DNA of 58,711 bases, counting the filler, from Sphacelaria rigidula (lineage: Eukaryota): assembly GCA_964200075.2 (NCBI GenBank). It is 9 parts of 9 records of this genome, joined end to end, with 100 filler letters (N's around TTAATTAATTAA, not from the genome) between each part and the next. Parts side by side here need not be neighbours in the genome. Positions count along the whole stretch, not along the records: positions 19,606 to 26,040 come from CAXNAA020020085.1; positions 26,141 to 32,575 come from CAXNAA020020086.1; positions 32,676 to 39,109 come from CAXNAA020020087.1; 6 more parts are not named here. One strand, 5' to 3'. The stretch's first letter is position 1. The number at the start of each line of letters is the position of its first letter. A program made the translations under genes and the position numbers. The notes under the pieces were generated by a model. It saw nothing but the letters and a program-made list of their open reading frames with translations. It had not been told where the DNA came from and ran no database searches. Shown one piece after another: positions 24,026-37,560 of this stretch.

Positions 24026-25840
24026 TCAGGTAATACCTTCTTTGTAGTCCTCCAGCCCGCTCCTGAGAAACAGCAGTACTCGAACCACAACCCTGTGCAC
24101 AGCATAGAGCATCCTTTCCTCTCTGACACTCCCTCCTTGCACCTTCAGTCTAGCTACACCTGGCACCCCCATGGTGTAGCTCAACACGCCTCTAAAAGGT
24201 ATATTCGCACAGCCAAACCAATGGGACAAATCCTCCGCTCCCACAGATGCTTGCGCATTCACGAACACTCGTTCTTCACTCACTTTTATAGAGGGAACAA
24301 GAGGCAAAACGGGAACATCCATACAGTCCCGAACAGCAACACCTCCCGATGGCATCAAGCCATCATCCTCCAGCACCTGACCGTACAGCGGCAAAGACAC
24401 CGCAAACAGCGGCAAAGACACCGCAGTCAACGCCGCCAAATACGCCAAAGCTGTCAATGCAAACAGCAGTGCACACGACCACCCCAACACCACGCGACGC
24501 TCGTCGTCGCCGTCAGAATTATGATCGATCGCTCTGCATACCCGCTTCACGCGGGTCACATGCCCCTGTTGTTTCGATCATGCAAGGCGTGTCCACAGCT
24601 ACGAGCTGGTCCGGCGGCAATTCCGCCAACCCGACATCCACCTGTCCTTCAAGCAGACACCCCTGCGAATCATCTGGACGATCTTCCGCCATGTCACTGG
24701 AGCAGATAGATTCACCCTGAGCATCGCAAGCCCCAAGCTCGCTCTGCTCACTCTCATCGCGAAGATAACACCCCCTTGCAGCGGTGAGCTTGCAAGGTGT
24801 GTCCCCAATCACGCGCTGGTCCGGCGGCCACAAGCAGCCTGGATATTTGCCTCTCAGCGCTAGTTAATCGGAGAAAATTGGCCTCGCGCTTCCAACAGCA
24901 GCGGTGGCAGCGGCTGGATCAATATTCCCGCTTCAGCCACCGCTACCTGCTCAGCGCACTCCTGAACGGCAACAGCGGCAGCTGAGCTGCCTACAGTCTG
25001 CTCGAGCTGCGTGGCATGTTCGCCCTCTCCAACAGCAATACCAGCAGCATCCAAACAAATGCTTACCGTGGTACTGTCGGCGGGCGCGCTCTCATGCCTA
25101 CCCGTTTTGACAGACACGTGCTGCGTCTCCTTCCCGCTCTGCACAGTGAAAACAGCTGCCCTGTATCGTGGTTGAAGACGCGCCCTACCGACTGCACGTT
25201 CAGCGGGTGCACTATCGTGCCTATCACCTCGGGCAGACACATGCTTGTAGGCTTTCACAGTGCAAGCATCTACCCTGTATCGTTGTTCCAAACGCGCAGC
25301 ACCTACTCCACGTTCGGCGGGTGCACTGTCGTGCCTGTCCCCTCGGGTAGACACATGTTTCTCGGCTGCCACAGGACAAGCAGCTGCGCTGTATCATTGT
25401 TTCAAACGTGGACCACCTACTGCACGTTCGGTGGGTGTACTGTCGTGCCTGCCCCCTCGAGCAGACACATGCTTCTCGGCTTTCACACTGCAAGCAGCCG
25501 CACCGGACGGCGCATGCTTGCGCAACGCGAAAAGCAACTGCTCGTCCTCAACATCATGAGCATGTTTCAAGAACGTGTCACACAGACATTTCGCAATATG
25601 TTTCGGCATGAGCTCAGAAACTGCTGCGACGACAAAGAGGTTTGTCCACCGCGCGTTCACCTGATCTACATCTCGCAAATATTGCTCGTATTTGCGTAAA
25701 AACTCACCCGATTTCTCGCTCGAAAACTTGCGGCCGTAGTATGGCATCTCCAGTGCCTGTACAGGAACAACACGACCATCGACGATGACATATTCCTGCA
25801 CCGCATCCATTTCGGCCAGCAGTACAGCACTCCACACCAC
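24026..25840 (-). pseudogene. Disrupted gag-like ORF with 114-bp (38-aa) tandem repeats, probably TE-derived
   Basis: Successive minus-strand ORFs broken by stops or frameshifts. The N-terminus (EFLRKYEQY...VSELMP....CLC...EDEQLL.AL) resembles a gag N-terminus, by eye only. Repeats AAAC.V.AEKHVS.RG.RHDS.P.ER.VG at about 25139-25497. Confidence 0.5.
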
Positions 25841-26813
25841 CTTTTTGAAAAACGAAGTGGCCTCCCACTCACAGGAACAACAACTCTCTCCTTACACCGA
25901 GACGCGCTGTACCACCTTACAATGACAATGGCCACAACGCCTCTTCCTCACGCAGGTCTCACCACGTGTTTGAAGTCCTTACACTCCTCTTCCTGGCCGT
26001 ACGTGGCCAAGCGTGGAACAAGCAACTCTCGCTGGCTCCANNNNNNNNNNNNNNNNNNNNNNNNNNNNNNNNNNNNNNNNNNNNTTAATTAATTAANNNN
26101 NNNNNNNNNNNNNNNNNNNNNNNNNNNNNNNNNNNNNNNNCAGGCGTGGGCCCTTCCGATCGGCGGGGGCGTGGTGTCTTTTTGCTGGTCCCCCGGTAAT
26201 TTCCCGATGCCCCCCCCCCCCCGCTAATATCAGTACTTCCTGTTTTCCGCTTGACTTCGAAACTCTTGTCCTGTCTTTTTTCACTTGTTCCATTCACCGA
26301 GACCGTGATTCGAGCTCGACGCCCTTCTGCCTCAGGGTGTGTATGCAGCGTCATCTCACGGTGTCGCCAATATGAAAAGGTGAAGCTTCCTCTACGGACA
26401 CTATTGCAATGGTCGGACGAACTAATGATTCGTCTGGAGATTACTTGATTCTAGTGTACCTTATTCGTACCGTATGAGTCAATCCTTACGCTTTGTTTTC
26501 AGCGTTGCAACCCAGATACGCGCAGCCCAGGCATGTGGAACGGCGCAGAAGTTGCGTGGAGACCTGCTTGACCAGCGGTCGACCTTTTTTCTCTCTCGGG
26601 CAATCGGGCCTAAGAAATCGTGGATTTGGTGATTCGAACTGCCGATGATTCGTTCCAACTGTGTACTATTGTAGTCGGAATTTCCGCTCGTTCTCTGTCT
26701 GGCAGTAGTCACAGGCACCACGAATTCAAGTACACAAAAAGAAGTGCACAAAACGTTCCCCAGGGGAAGGGGGGAGATATCCAAAACCGATCACTGACGG
26801 AAAACTAGAGTAC

Positions 26814-26989
26814 CTGTGTATTCTGTCTTCAGCCTGAGCCATGGATCCCGGAGTCCAGTACAGCTCAGCGAACACCGCGCACGATGCAGCCGTCAGGGTG
26901 ATACCCACCCCTGCAGCTGTGATACCGAGGATGATCACGGAGATCGACGGCTCTGCTTGGAAGCTGTCGACGATAGGCTGGCGCTTAGT
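26814..26989 (-). CDS. SMARCAL1/ZRANB3-type SNF2 helicase, exon with motifs V-VI
   Basis: cag|ACT...AG|gtac: TKRQPIVDSFQAEPSISVIILGITAAGVGITLTAASCAVFAELYWTPGSMAQAEDRIHR. FAEL.W.PG...QAEDR.HR is diagnostic of this subfamily. Confidence 0.93.
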
Positions 26990-28723
26990 CTGTCCCCGGA
27001 CGCAAGGAAGTCGCGTGCGCCGGGTGGATGCGATGCGGAGACGACAGAGAAGAAATGCATGGATGGGTGGAGTTAAAGGGGGAAAGTTGGGGAGGGGGGG
27101 TTCTCGGGACATAAATAATGCCTTAAAACTATGTTGATGTACTGTTTGTACGAGAAAAATCTAGTTACCCTGATGCAGCAAGCATATTTCCAAGAACACT
27201 AAAATGTGCTGATTTACGGGACGTGCGCCACGGTACTCTTGTTTTGATGTCGTGCTCCTCGAAATAGTCCTTCAAAGCATGCTGGGCTGGTAAAGGAACG
27301 TGACCCCAAGAGTTACAGTTACGGTATGTAGGTAGACTTATTGTTGTTCTGAGGTTGCTCTCTTTATGGACGTGTACCGGGAGCGTGCTAGCTGGAGCCG
27401 ATCTGAACAAAATGCACGTCCGATGAAAAACACAGTCTTCACTCAACATTGGGCAGATACTGCAGAAGCGGGCAGGAGGGGAGAGCGGAGGGGGGAGAGA
27501 TAATGCGGAAGCTCAGGCGTCAAAACATGTCCATATTCCTGAGTGCTCAACAAATTGAAGGGTCAAATGTTTTGTCAACGGGTCATTCTCCATCCTTTAT
27601 GGAGGGAACATGATAAAAGTTGCAGAAGGCAAGCGATCCAAACACGGAAGTCTCGCACGTGTGTGTGGTATGCGCAGAGGTAAACACCATCCAGCGTCCA
27701 GGTGACCTGATACGAACAAACAACAGCAGTAACAGCAGTAAGAACAAGTCTGTTGTTTCGTCAGAGGGTACTGTGTCGAGTAAAAGTGTGGCATCTCAGG
27801 ATGGACAAACGGACACCTCGCCTGAAAGAGCAGTCGCTTCGATCAACACAGGTGCAGTACGTCGATACATCAACTGCTGTGCCACAAGATGAGTGAATGA
27901 GCCCAAAACTGAAACAAAATGCGACCGGTTGAGGTGTGGGAGGTGGGAAAAGGAGGGGCGAGCTCATGACCACATCAACAAGGGCCAGGATACACATCGC
28001 CTTCCCCGACTGCCAGACCGTAGCCGCGACGTATCTCGTGGTCAGAACCTTTGTCATCGAGCGTAGTGGTACATATGTGATTTCACTGTAGATATCACTG
28101 TAGATATCGATGTAGATATCAATGCAGATGTCAATACAGATATCAACGCAGAGACAAGCAATCAAAAACGCGTAATTTCGAATAATTCTTCGAACGTACG
28201 AATGCGGGATGCATGTTACAGATCGACAAATCTGGAATTATCCGGGTAACGACCGGGAATGAGGAACAATAAGCACTGTAACAAAACGTATACTTCGTAC
28301 CTGATACCACGTGCCCACACACCCACATACCCACATACCCACATACCCACAGCTGTGTCTGGGAGTCCTGCGTAAAGTCAAAACGATCCCACTTGAACAG
28401 ATAGATAGTCCGGGTCGCGTCAGGGTCAACACTCCAAGGCATATTGGTGCAATATGGCTAGCGAACGATGAAGTGTAGTTATTCTAGTGAACTATGGGTA
28501 GGGTTAGGGTTAGGATAAGTGAACCATGAAGGCATGGTCGAGCACATTACATCAATACACTACACATACATGGTGCGTGTTGACTGGTCATACACCTGAA
28601 GCAATATAGTGTTCGAGACACTACACGGCGCGGCGATACCGTCATATCTTCATGCTTATGACACTGTTAACCTTGCAATCTACTGAGCATATACTGCACA
28701 CGTGAAACGCAGAAGTATCCTAC

Positions 28724-28801
28724 CTGACTCGTATGTCCGTCAATCCTCACTGACTTGACGCCCAATTTGCCCAGACCTGTCTCTAGAGCATCGATGACCT
28801 C
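28724..28801 (-). CDS. SMARCAL1/ZRANB3-type helicase, internal exon
   Basis: cag|GAG...CAG|gtag, 26 codons EVIDALETGLGKLGVKSVRIDGHTSQ (RIDG motif). Phase 0 at both ends. Confidence 0.9.
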
Positions 28802-29635
28802 CTGCCGTATGTTGTCATGTTCCAAAAATATCGGGACAGATAGGAGGGAGAGCGACATTCGAGCGTGCGGTGGGGGAAGGGGGAAGAGGTGCTCCATCCA
28901 CACGTTCAAATGTCTGTTTTGAACTCAAGCGTGTCGAAATCATATGTACGAACCATTAGATCTATTCACGCATAAGCCGTGATGTGACTGCATCCATCGA
29001 CCCTCTCCTCCACCCAGCGGTGATTCGGACCTTGACGTGTCTCATTCCTCTCGAATCTACAATACATACCCCTTTACTGTCGTGCTATTGCTGCCGCGCC
29101 CCGGTAGTCAAACTGGTACACACATTAATTAACACTACAACCTGGGCTGCCTAAGAAGCACTTTCCTTCAGCCTGTTTTATGTTACGATGTATTGCGAGT
29201 TGTGCCTACCATGACACGTCGTAGTAATCGGCGAATCAGCGCGCGTCTCCACATTCATGTAGCACTGCGATCCGACAAGGTCTCCTCAAAAGGAAGTACC
29301 AAACTGTAGTCATTGTAGTGTTGGCAGACTTTTGCTATTAGAATTCCCACAGTAGTAAGGCCCCTTCCCCTGGTTTCTGCGTAGTCGAACTGGTACATAC
29401 ATCACCACTATTAGTGTGGCCAGATTTTTGTATCTAGAATTCCGACCGTAGTTCAGCGGTTTCCCCTGGTTTTCGTCGAATCTAACAACGCGGGAACGTG
29501 CGTGTGGCCAAATCAACATGTGATTAAAGTCGCTCTTGTCGCAGGAGTGGACGCTGACCCGATGCGCGATACAACAAACGTGCAAGGCAAGGATTGGGGG
29601 CGAGGTGGAGGTGGGTCAACTGCTCCCTTGAGACA

Positions 29636-29890
29636 GTGTGTGTGTGTGTGTGTGTGTGTGCTGTCGTCCCATCAATCCTGGGGGCCGGTCTACACCTTTC
29701 GGTACATGTGGGCGCACTCGCCGGGTTCACACAGGAAGAAGGCCGACACAGGAGGAGTTCTTTCTTATGTGTTTGTTTTTGTTCTCCACCTTCCTTCCGC
29801 GGTGCTTGCCTTTTATTTTTTCTAATCGCGAAAGGGGTTCAGCAGTCCCTCTCCCTCGTCGACCATTCAGTCCCTTTTTTTGTTTTTTTT
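29636..29890 (-). mobile_element. 5'-truncated SINE (family B) with (CA)n tail
   Basis: Matches 49243-49470 and 39730-39850. (TG)n at 29636-29660. Confidence 0.7.
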
Positions 29891-30004
29891 CTGAGACTAC
29901 GGACTACAATCGAGGAAGGCGAGAGGAAGGGAAAGCAAGGGGCAGGCTACGCGTACGACGACAACTTGAAGAAAACAATTATCTACGCCCATGTATCTAT
30001 ATAC

Positions 30005-31774
30005 CTGGTGATGGGCGAACACCACAAGCTTCCGCGGCTCCTTACCCACGCTTCCTTCGCTCTTGACCCTCGCTTTTCGTTTTCCTCTTTTCCCGTCGTG
30101 GTCACGTCCAGCAACCGCCACCTCAGCAGGACTTCCCCGTCTCCCGCGACTCTCGCGCGATCGCAATACACCAGCACCACACCCACCCGAATCATGACCT
30201 GCCGTAATCGAATTTGGCGATTCATTTTGTGGCATCTCTCTTTCTTTTTTGATGGTGTTGATGTTGAGCCTTCGCTGTTGCGATTTGTCCGCCGCCGCGG
30301 CAGACGATCCACGAGAATGTTTCTTCTTATCGGCCTCTCTGCGGCGAGTACGCCGCTTTGATAACGACGAAAGGGATTCGACGGCATCATCGTCCTCATC
30401 ATCATCGCCGCTTTGCCCTGCGTGATCTCTATCCGGGACAAACTCTTCATCATCATCCTCATCACCGCTACTACCGCAATCATCGTGGCTATTACAATCT
30501 ATTTCACACATAGCTTCGTCGTGGCTAGCCCGAGCCCGCCTACGAGGTCTCGCTGACCCACCATCACCACCGCCGCCGCCATCACCACAATTGCCAACAC
30601 TTTTCCGTTTACGCGAGCCCACTGCTGCCGCCACACCTTCCCTCCGCCCTGCTCCTGCTAATCTTCCGCTGCCGCCACGATCACGGCGACGACTAGGTCT
30701 ACTAGCCCTGCCACCCGATCCTATGCAGAAATCTTCATCACTATCACTACCGCCGTCGCCACCGCTGCCGCTGCCTCCTCCGCGGGCTCTCGGCTGCGAA
30801 TCCTTCCCTACCCTACCGCCACCCCGCCCCCTTGTCGCGTCGTCACCGCTGCCTTCGCCGCTATCGCTGTCCAATGCAAGCCTGCGTAGCTTTCGGCTTC
30901 TGGGAATATCGCCGCCGAGTACATCATTGTCGGCATCACTGCCTTCGGTGTCTCCGCCGCTGCGGCCGTCAGTGGAGAGACGAGACAGCTTCTTTTGTGC
31001 TTTGCTTGTCTCGCGGCCGCGGTCACGACCGCCGCAGGGGTCACCTCGATCATCATCGCTATCTAGCATCCACATTCCGTCGTCTTCTTGCTCGTCGGAG
31101 GCCACGGCGTTCCCGGAACAGCGTGGACCGCTGCTGCTCCGGAGATCGTCATTATCCGCAGTGCCTCTAGTCCTTCCTTGTCCTCGTTTCTGTCCTGCTG
31201 CCTTGCCCGACGCGAATATTTTCTCCTTTGCGGATAGTCGTCCTGCGGGAGATCGGCCCTCGGTGACGTTGTCGGCGGCTGATCTGTTGTTGCAAGCAGG
31301 TTTCGCCGTTTCGCACATATCACACCGACGGCTCGCCGCCGAGTTGATGTATGTACAAGCTGGGCATGACCACTCTTCACTAGCCTCGACTTTGCCGCCG
31401 TCGCCCCCGCCGCCGCCACCATTGTGACGGTCGTCCTTGGATGATGCGTTGTGGATCTCTTGCCCTTGTCCTCGTGTTGCATGGGGACCATCGTACTCCG
31501 CTCTTTGCGCCGGCGACGATGGAAATGGGCCAAGAGATGGCGATGACGATGATGCGCCGGGTACGCGCAACGGCGGGAAGAAATGCTTCGGTTTTGGAGG
31601 CGTAGGAGGACGAGAAGGACGACTACAAAGAGGACCTGGATCGAGCTTCCGGGCGTCCACAATACCGCCGATGCCACACTCTGTCCCACGATTCTTGCTC
31701 CCAGCGTTGGTTCTACCGTCAATATCCTCGGCGTCAATTAGGAGGGACTTGAGGTGTGCCAGGATGCCCTTAAT
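30005..31774 (-). CDS. SMARCAL1/ZRANB3-type helicase, 1770-bp exon with RanBP2-type zinc finger and long low-complexity insert
   Basis: tag|ATT...CAG|gtat, 590 open codons: IKGILAHLKSLLI...WSCPACTYINSAASRRCDMCET...KLVVFAHHQ (motif IV). In phase with the next exon. Confidence 0.88.
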
Positions 31775-33779
31775 CTATCCACGTGAGGAGGCAGGCGGAG
31801 GAAAATACGGTGAAGAGGTTTCCAAGGGAAAATGACGGTTTGTTACGGCGGGCGAGAGGGACAGCGGCTGCGGGGATGCAGGTTTGAAGGGCAAGAGGAG
31901 CGGCTGTGAGAGAAAGAGCGAGGGTGACATATACATATACATATATTAACGGCGAGAAGTAGAAAGTGCGAAAGATCATTCGACAGGTACGGAGACGGGC
32001 AGAAACATAGACGTAAACATAGACATAGCCGTAGAAGGAGGCAAAGAAAGAGACGGGAACGCAAAAGAGAGAGCGAAGGTGAGAGAAGAGATGCAGTAGA
32101 GACGTCCGTAGCCGTCTCGTGGTGCTCGCCGTGAAATACTCACGACCGATCTCCGAACAGGGCGAACGCTCGCGAGATGGCTTCGAAAAATTGAGGGAGA
32201 ACGACCTCGATAGATTCTGAGTTATCCTACGATAGGGGGTGTACTCATGATCATGCATGCCATAGTCATGAGACCATTGACCTCATATAGGGGGGAGTAT
32301 TTGATTGCACCAAAAAGAAAGGCTCAGAGGTGTGTCAGGCGATCTGCCCCACTCGCGGTGCGCTTGTATTTCGTTCAAAACGATGTCAAGCAGTATGAAT
32401 GAGCGCCATTTACCTGTAACAAGGTCGTTCGAACAACCGTTGCTACTTTCAACGACGATTTGGCTTGGGATTTCGTGCAAGAAGTGGCCCGAAATACCCC
32501 CCCCCCCCTATCGTGATGGTGAGACACCCATAAGGCAGTGTATAAGACGTGGCTGTCTCGGGAAGTGGCGATACCNNNNNNNNNNNNNNNNNNNNNNNNN
32601 NNNNNNNNNNNNNNNNNNNTTAATTAATTAANNNNNNNNNNNNNNNNNNNNNNNNNNNNNNNNNNNNNNNNNNNNCCCTACAAAGCCGGGACGGAGCACG
32701 CCGGGTTCTCGCCGGACCAGGCCATGAAGCCGGGGGGGGGGAGGGACTTATGAACTTGCATACCGTAGTCATATGACCATCGACCTCGCATCCCCACAGA
32801 GCTGGGACGGAGCACGCCAAGTTCTTGCCGGACCAGGGTCGTGATGTCGGGGGGAAAGAGGGGACACACGACGCAAAATTGTGTCCAGATATCGTTGAAA
32901 ACGTGATGACATTTGACGAACGCCGGGATAACATTGCAGAACCTATACTACATCAAATGTCGTAACCCATCTAAAGGCTCGATGCAAGTTGTGTGAGCAA
33001 AAAATCCGGCGAAGGTCAATGTCAGTGGTTTCGAGATGCCCCCGAGGTTCGCTCGCCTGGCCTCCTGACCTTGATATCCGCCCTCACGCCTCTGTACACA
33101 CGCCACTCGATGTCTTCGGCACTTCTACGTCTTCCGCCGGGCTGCTGTGCGGTTGGATCATCCTGTTGGAGCAGATAACGATGTCCCTTCTACCTGTATT
33201 CCTTGCCCTCTGGGTGGGTGTCACACGAATTCGTGACTACTGGCACTTTCAGGTACGGTACCTCGGGGTCTCTCAATTGCGAAATTTTCGGTGTAGTTTG
33301 GACGGTAGGTCTGTCGTTCAACCATACCTGATGATACCTAAGTGTGTGTGGCAGGAGTTCGCTTGTTCATCAACCACTGGGGCGTTGGGAAAGATAAGAG
33401 TCACAAACCATGGTGTCCGCAGCATGCTGCAGCAACCAGAATTTGGCTGAGATCATTTTGTGAGTGTGTAACGCTCACTACGGATGGTGGACGCATCAGA
33501 AACGTACACTAGTCCATCACTCCCTTCACCATTTCTTCCACTAGTATGTCATACAAAGCTAATTTCACTCGGGCTTCCTGTTGGATGCCCAGCAATGAGC
33601 ATGCCCCAAATGAGATTGCAGCGCTAACCCTCGAGGAGCTGTCGTCGACGGTGTACAAGCGAAGGTGTGCGATCACACCAAAAGGAGAACGACCCCCGTG
33701 GTTGATCCTGCGTTAATGGTCCAGCATGGGCCGATGATTATTTTGGTCGAGCCAAATTGAGGCGAATCTTTTCACATAT

Positions 33780-35580
33780 CAAACAAATAAAATCACGATT
33801 CGTTTAATCATCTTTGCAAATATCGTGCATGTGTTTCGTACATCTTTTTAACTCGTGATTCGTATGCCATTCGTTTGACATTTTCATCACGATTGATTCG
33901 TATTGTACAACTTTCCCCAACATTTTCCTGACCCTTACGGTTCGAATCTTTCCGATGCTTTCCTTACCGTTGATTCGTGCGGTAGGACTCTTTCCAGTAT
34001 TTCTCCACACAACATGTTTCCCAGTTGTGAATCGTACGGTATGACTCTTTCCAACGTTTCCACAACTTACAATTCGTTCAAGGAGGGTGATCTATGCATA
34101 TGTTTTACCCGTGAATCGTGCTGTTGCCGCTCTCTTGAGATTGCCTAAATCTGCCTATATCTGTAGAAACACTTACTCCAGCAGTCTGCGAATCCGTCTT
34201 TCCTTAATAAACATTTCGGTATCTCCCTCATCTCCAATGCGCAGTCAACGTCCCTGGAACCCGCTAGGTCGAGTCTCATGAGGACGAAAAAACCACATTT
34301 CAAAAGCACGCCCGCAAAGGTGACTACAGTATGCCAAGGCCGAGCTGCTTTGAATCTTTATTGGATATCTCACATACGGCGCAAATAACTGGCAGAGCAA
34401 ACACTGAGCACTACGAGTTATGTATCGAATGTAGAACGCGGCGGAACGGTCCGCATTTGTTTCATGTGTTTGACACCAGTTGTGTACGGCGCAGTACACC
34501 GCAAGTAGTCCCGCAAATACGATTGGCCCTTCCCGGAGCCCCTCCACCTGGCATCCGACGCAACGACCATTGTCGGTATGTTTAACGGACTATTCGTGGA
34601 AGGCGGGAGTAGTCCGTTAAGAGCGACTTACGTTCCCTCCGTCTCACGCTTGCTGCTCCCTACTGCTTTCGCGCGTGGCCTCGCCGCAGAAATAGAACAT
34701 CAGACACACGAGATTGACCCCTGTCCACCCGTTCAATGACGGGGATGGGCTACATGCACTCATATCAAATAGCGTGATGCGGTGCGTGTGATGGGGGGTA
34801 CTGGTACGCAGTACAGCGGTTGCGCCACACTTTGATCTTCACGTACGAGCAATGCGATTTATCGAACAGCCCGAATGAAAAGATTTCGACGAGTCCCTCA
34901 AGAGGGTATGGGCATCATATTCCCATAACCAAAAATCACAGTAAAAAACGATGTAATGCCTTTGTGGTGGGTGGTATCGGCGTGGCCAATCACGGGCGAG
35001 CGTCATTTCAAAGTATTTTTGTTCGTCCCGTTAAGACGCCGCTCAAGTCTCCTCATATCATACATGCCTGTTATGAACTCGTGTTTTGTACGTTGCAGTT
35101 AATACATACATTCCCCTCATGTTTGATTCGTACGGCACGACGGTTTTTCAATGCGTTTTCCATGCTTGATTCGTATGCTGCCACTTTTCCGAGTCATTTT
35201 CAGTTGCGATTAGTACAGTGGGAATTTTGGCAATATTGTCACCGCCCTTGATTCGCACAGCACAACTATTTCCGCTCTCCTCCCGAGTTGTGATTCATAC
35301 GGTATGATTATTTCCCACATTTCCCCCACACATTTCCCATCCTTGATTCGGTACCACTCTTTTCGACTTTGTTTACACCTATGATTCTTACGGCACGAAT
35401 CATCAAATCTTTCGAATATTTCCCCACTTCTGATCCGTACGAGAAATGTGACTCATTCCGGATTATCCCTAGGGGCTTGTGTAGCATGGTTTTGACATGA
35501 ATTCCTCCTCCTTTTGGTTCTTACAACATGAATCAAATGCGTATTTTTTTCCCGATAGTGATTCGTATGGGACGAACCGT
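33780..35580 (+). repeat. Degenerate TGATTCGTA-motif array in two blocks (about 33780-34080 and 35050-35580)
   Basis: tgattcgtacgg-like motifs recur roughly every 40-60 bp, usually followed by tttcc. Confidence 0.6.
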
Positions 35581-36020
35581 AGGCGTCATATGTCGTCCTG
35601 CTTGTGGATCATCTCGCTTGCCTTGTTTGGTGCCGAATTGTTGATTCAGGACGATGTCTTGGCGGGGTGGATCATCGGAGCAAGTTCCGCGGCCGTGGCC
35701 ACACGCTGGGTTACTCTGCGACCTCGCTTAAAACCGCAACCTGGCTGTGAATCAGCGACTCGTTCACTCCGTAGGACCGGCGCCTTGGCGTTAATAGCGA
35801 CGGAGTTGGGTGGCGACAGTGGGAGCGATACTTGCGTTTCTGTTGCTCAAGGAGAGCCCGAATCCGATCCAAGAAATACTGTGTAGTCCTATTTATGGAT
35901 GCGAGGCCATGATGAGAAAGAATAGAACCCAACAAAAGCGTACATGTATATATTGGAAAAATAATAGCAAAGTTCTGTCTTTCAAAACGAGTCATTATCA
36001 TTTGTCGCGCGCAATGTTGT

Positions 36021-36300
36021 CGGCGTACCCCGGTGGTCTAACGGCACAAGTGAAGCATTCGGTCCGAAGAACAGGGGTTCGATTTCCGGCAACTGATTTA
36101 TGGATTTTTGCCTCAGGACTACCTGATTTCCGTCGTTGAAAATGTGAGTTTATTTGGAGAGAGTCGACGCGGTGCGGGAGAGCTGATGGTCGTGATCCAA
36201 TCCACGATACCAAAGTGTGAGGAAAGCGTGTACTGGGAGAGTGTTCGGTTCTTTCCTCCAGACTAGTAGACCACAGGGTGTTGCCGCTCATATACCTTTA
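36021..36300 (+). mobile_element. tRNA-derived SINE (family A)
   Basis: ccccggtggtctaacgg ... ggttcgatttcc head and gacgcggtgcgggag body, as at 6145. Confidence 0.65.
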
Positions 36301-37345
36301 TTTCCGCCGCGCGTGTGACACATTATTTTTCCCACATGTATATGACGAGTGGATGAGAGTGTTGCTGGTAAATTCCTGCTTGCGCGCCCCTGTGTTCGTC
36401 AGCGCCCCTGAATCGTTTCAATCGACCCGCCTCGTGCTGAAGCTCTTTGTGCTGAATGCATTATATGTACAGTAGAGCAAGCTGTTATTACAGCATTGTG
36501 AGGCGTTTCCTACCTTCTTGGTCGATTTGTATGCGGACACTACAGCGTGTGAAATTAGGCGCACCCGCATGTTGGCTTTTCACTACAGCATCAAGGGGGT
36601 AAGACCTATTTTTGGCCCCCTCTCGGTAGTTGCCGCACGGGATTATTGCCCGTTGCTACGCTACTGTGTAATTTTCCCTCCGTGGTCAGTACTTGCCCTC
36701 TGTGATGACATCACTGCAGTAGCACTTCTTTTAGAAGAGTGACCTTGGTAGTATCCGCGTGTGTTGCACATTTCCCCCCACTCCAAAATAGTAGTTGCAC
36801 ACACGTGGTGCGTTGCATAATTCGAATCTCAGATGAATTCTGATTTCTTCGCATTGTGACACCACATCACCCGCCATCAAAAGCAGTGCATTTGGTGGTA
36901 TTTTGCTGTGCTACTCTCGCGCCGAATTACCTCACTCAGCTTTAATTTATGTTTTTCTCGGGAGCCATTATGACGGAGGCACTCTGCTGATGTTGTGAAC
37001 ATCGCTGCCTCCCTGCGCCCCTTTGAAAACACGCCGTTGCGTTCTGCTGCACTGTGCTTATTTCGTGGTCAAATTGTAAGTGCCCCGCAATTTCTCTACA
37101 TCCTTGTTTAGTGCCGTTGACGATTTTGCTCTTCGATCACTTCCATCATACTCCACAGAAAACGTAGTTGCGCGCGTCATTGCCACCCTGGATCGATTCC
37201 GATTTTCGCCGTCTCCGACATTGATGCTACGACAGAGTGGGGGGTAAGCCAAGCTTTGCACGAGAAAGCCACTTAAAACGTGGCTGCAGGCAGAACTATC
37301 CCAATTTCACAAAGTGAAATTGGTTTTTGCTCCGGGTAAAGATTC

Positions 37346-37560
37346 CACATGTCGGACGAGCGCGAGTGGCTCGTTGGCCGTAAAAATTAATAGGGCGAGT
37401 ACTCGAGTCATTGCTCGTTGTGAGAAAATATCATAAGGGCAAGCACTCGAGTCATCGCTCGTTGTGGAAAAAAATCAAAAGGGCGAGCACTCGAGTCATA
37501 GCTCGTTGTGGAAAAAACATGATGGGGCGAGCACTCAAGTCGTCGCTCGTGAAGAACGAT
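37346..37560. mobile_element. DNA-transposon end with subterminal repeat array
   Basis: Starts cacatgtcggacgag (same as 18985), then 4-5 copies of gcgagcactcgagtcat.gctcgttgtg. Confidence 0.7.

Noticed and set aside
28498..28516. Telomere
   Set aside because: Only about two TTAGGG units, internal to an intron.
30591..31427. 278-aa plus-strand ORF
   Set aside because: Antisense shadow of the GC-rich helicase exon.
37390..37560. CRISPR-like repeats
   Set aside because: The units are degenerate with short A-rich linkers and sit next to a transposon terminus. The context is eukaryotic and no cas genes are present.
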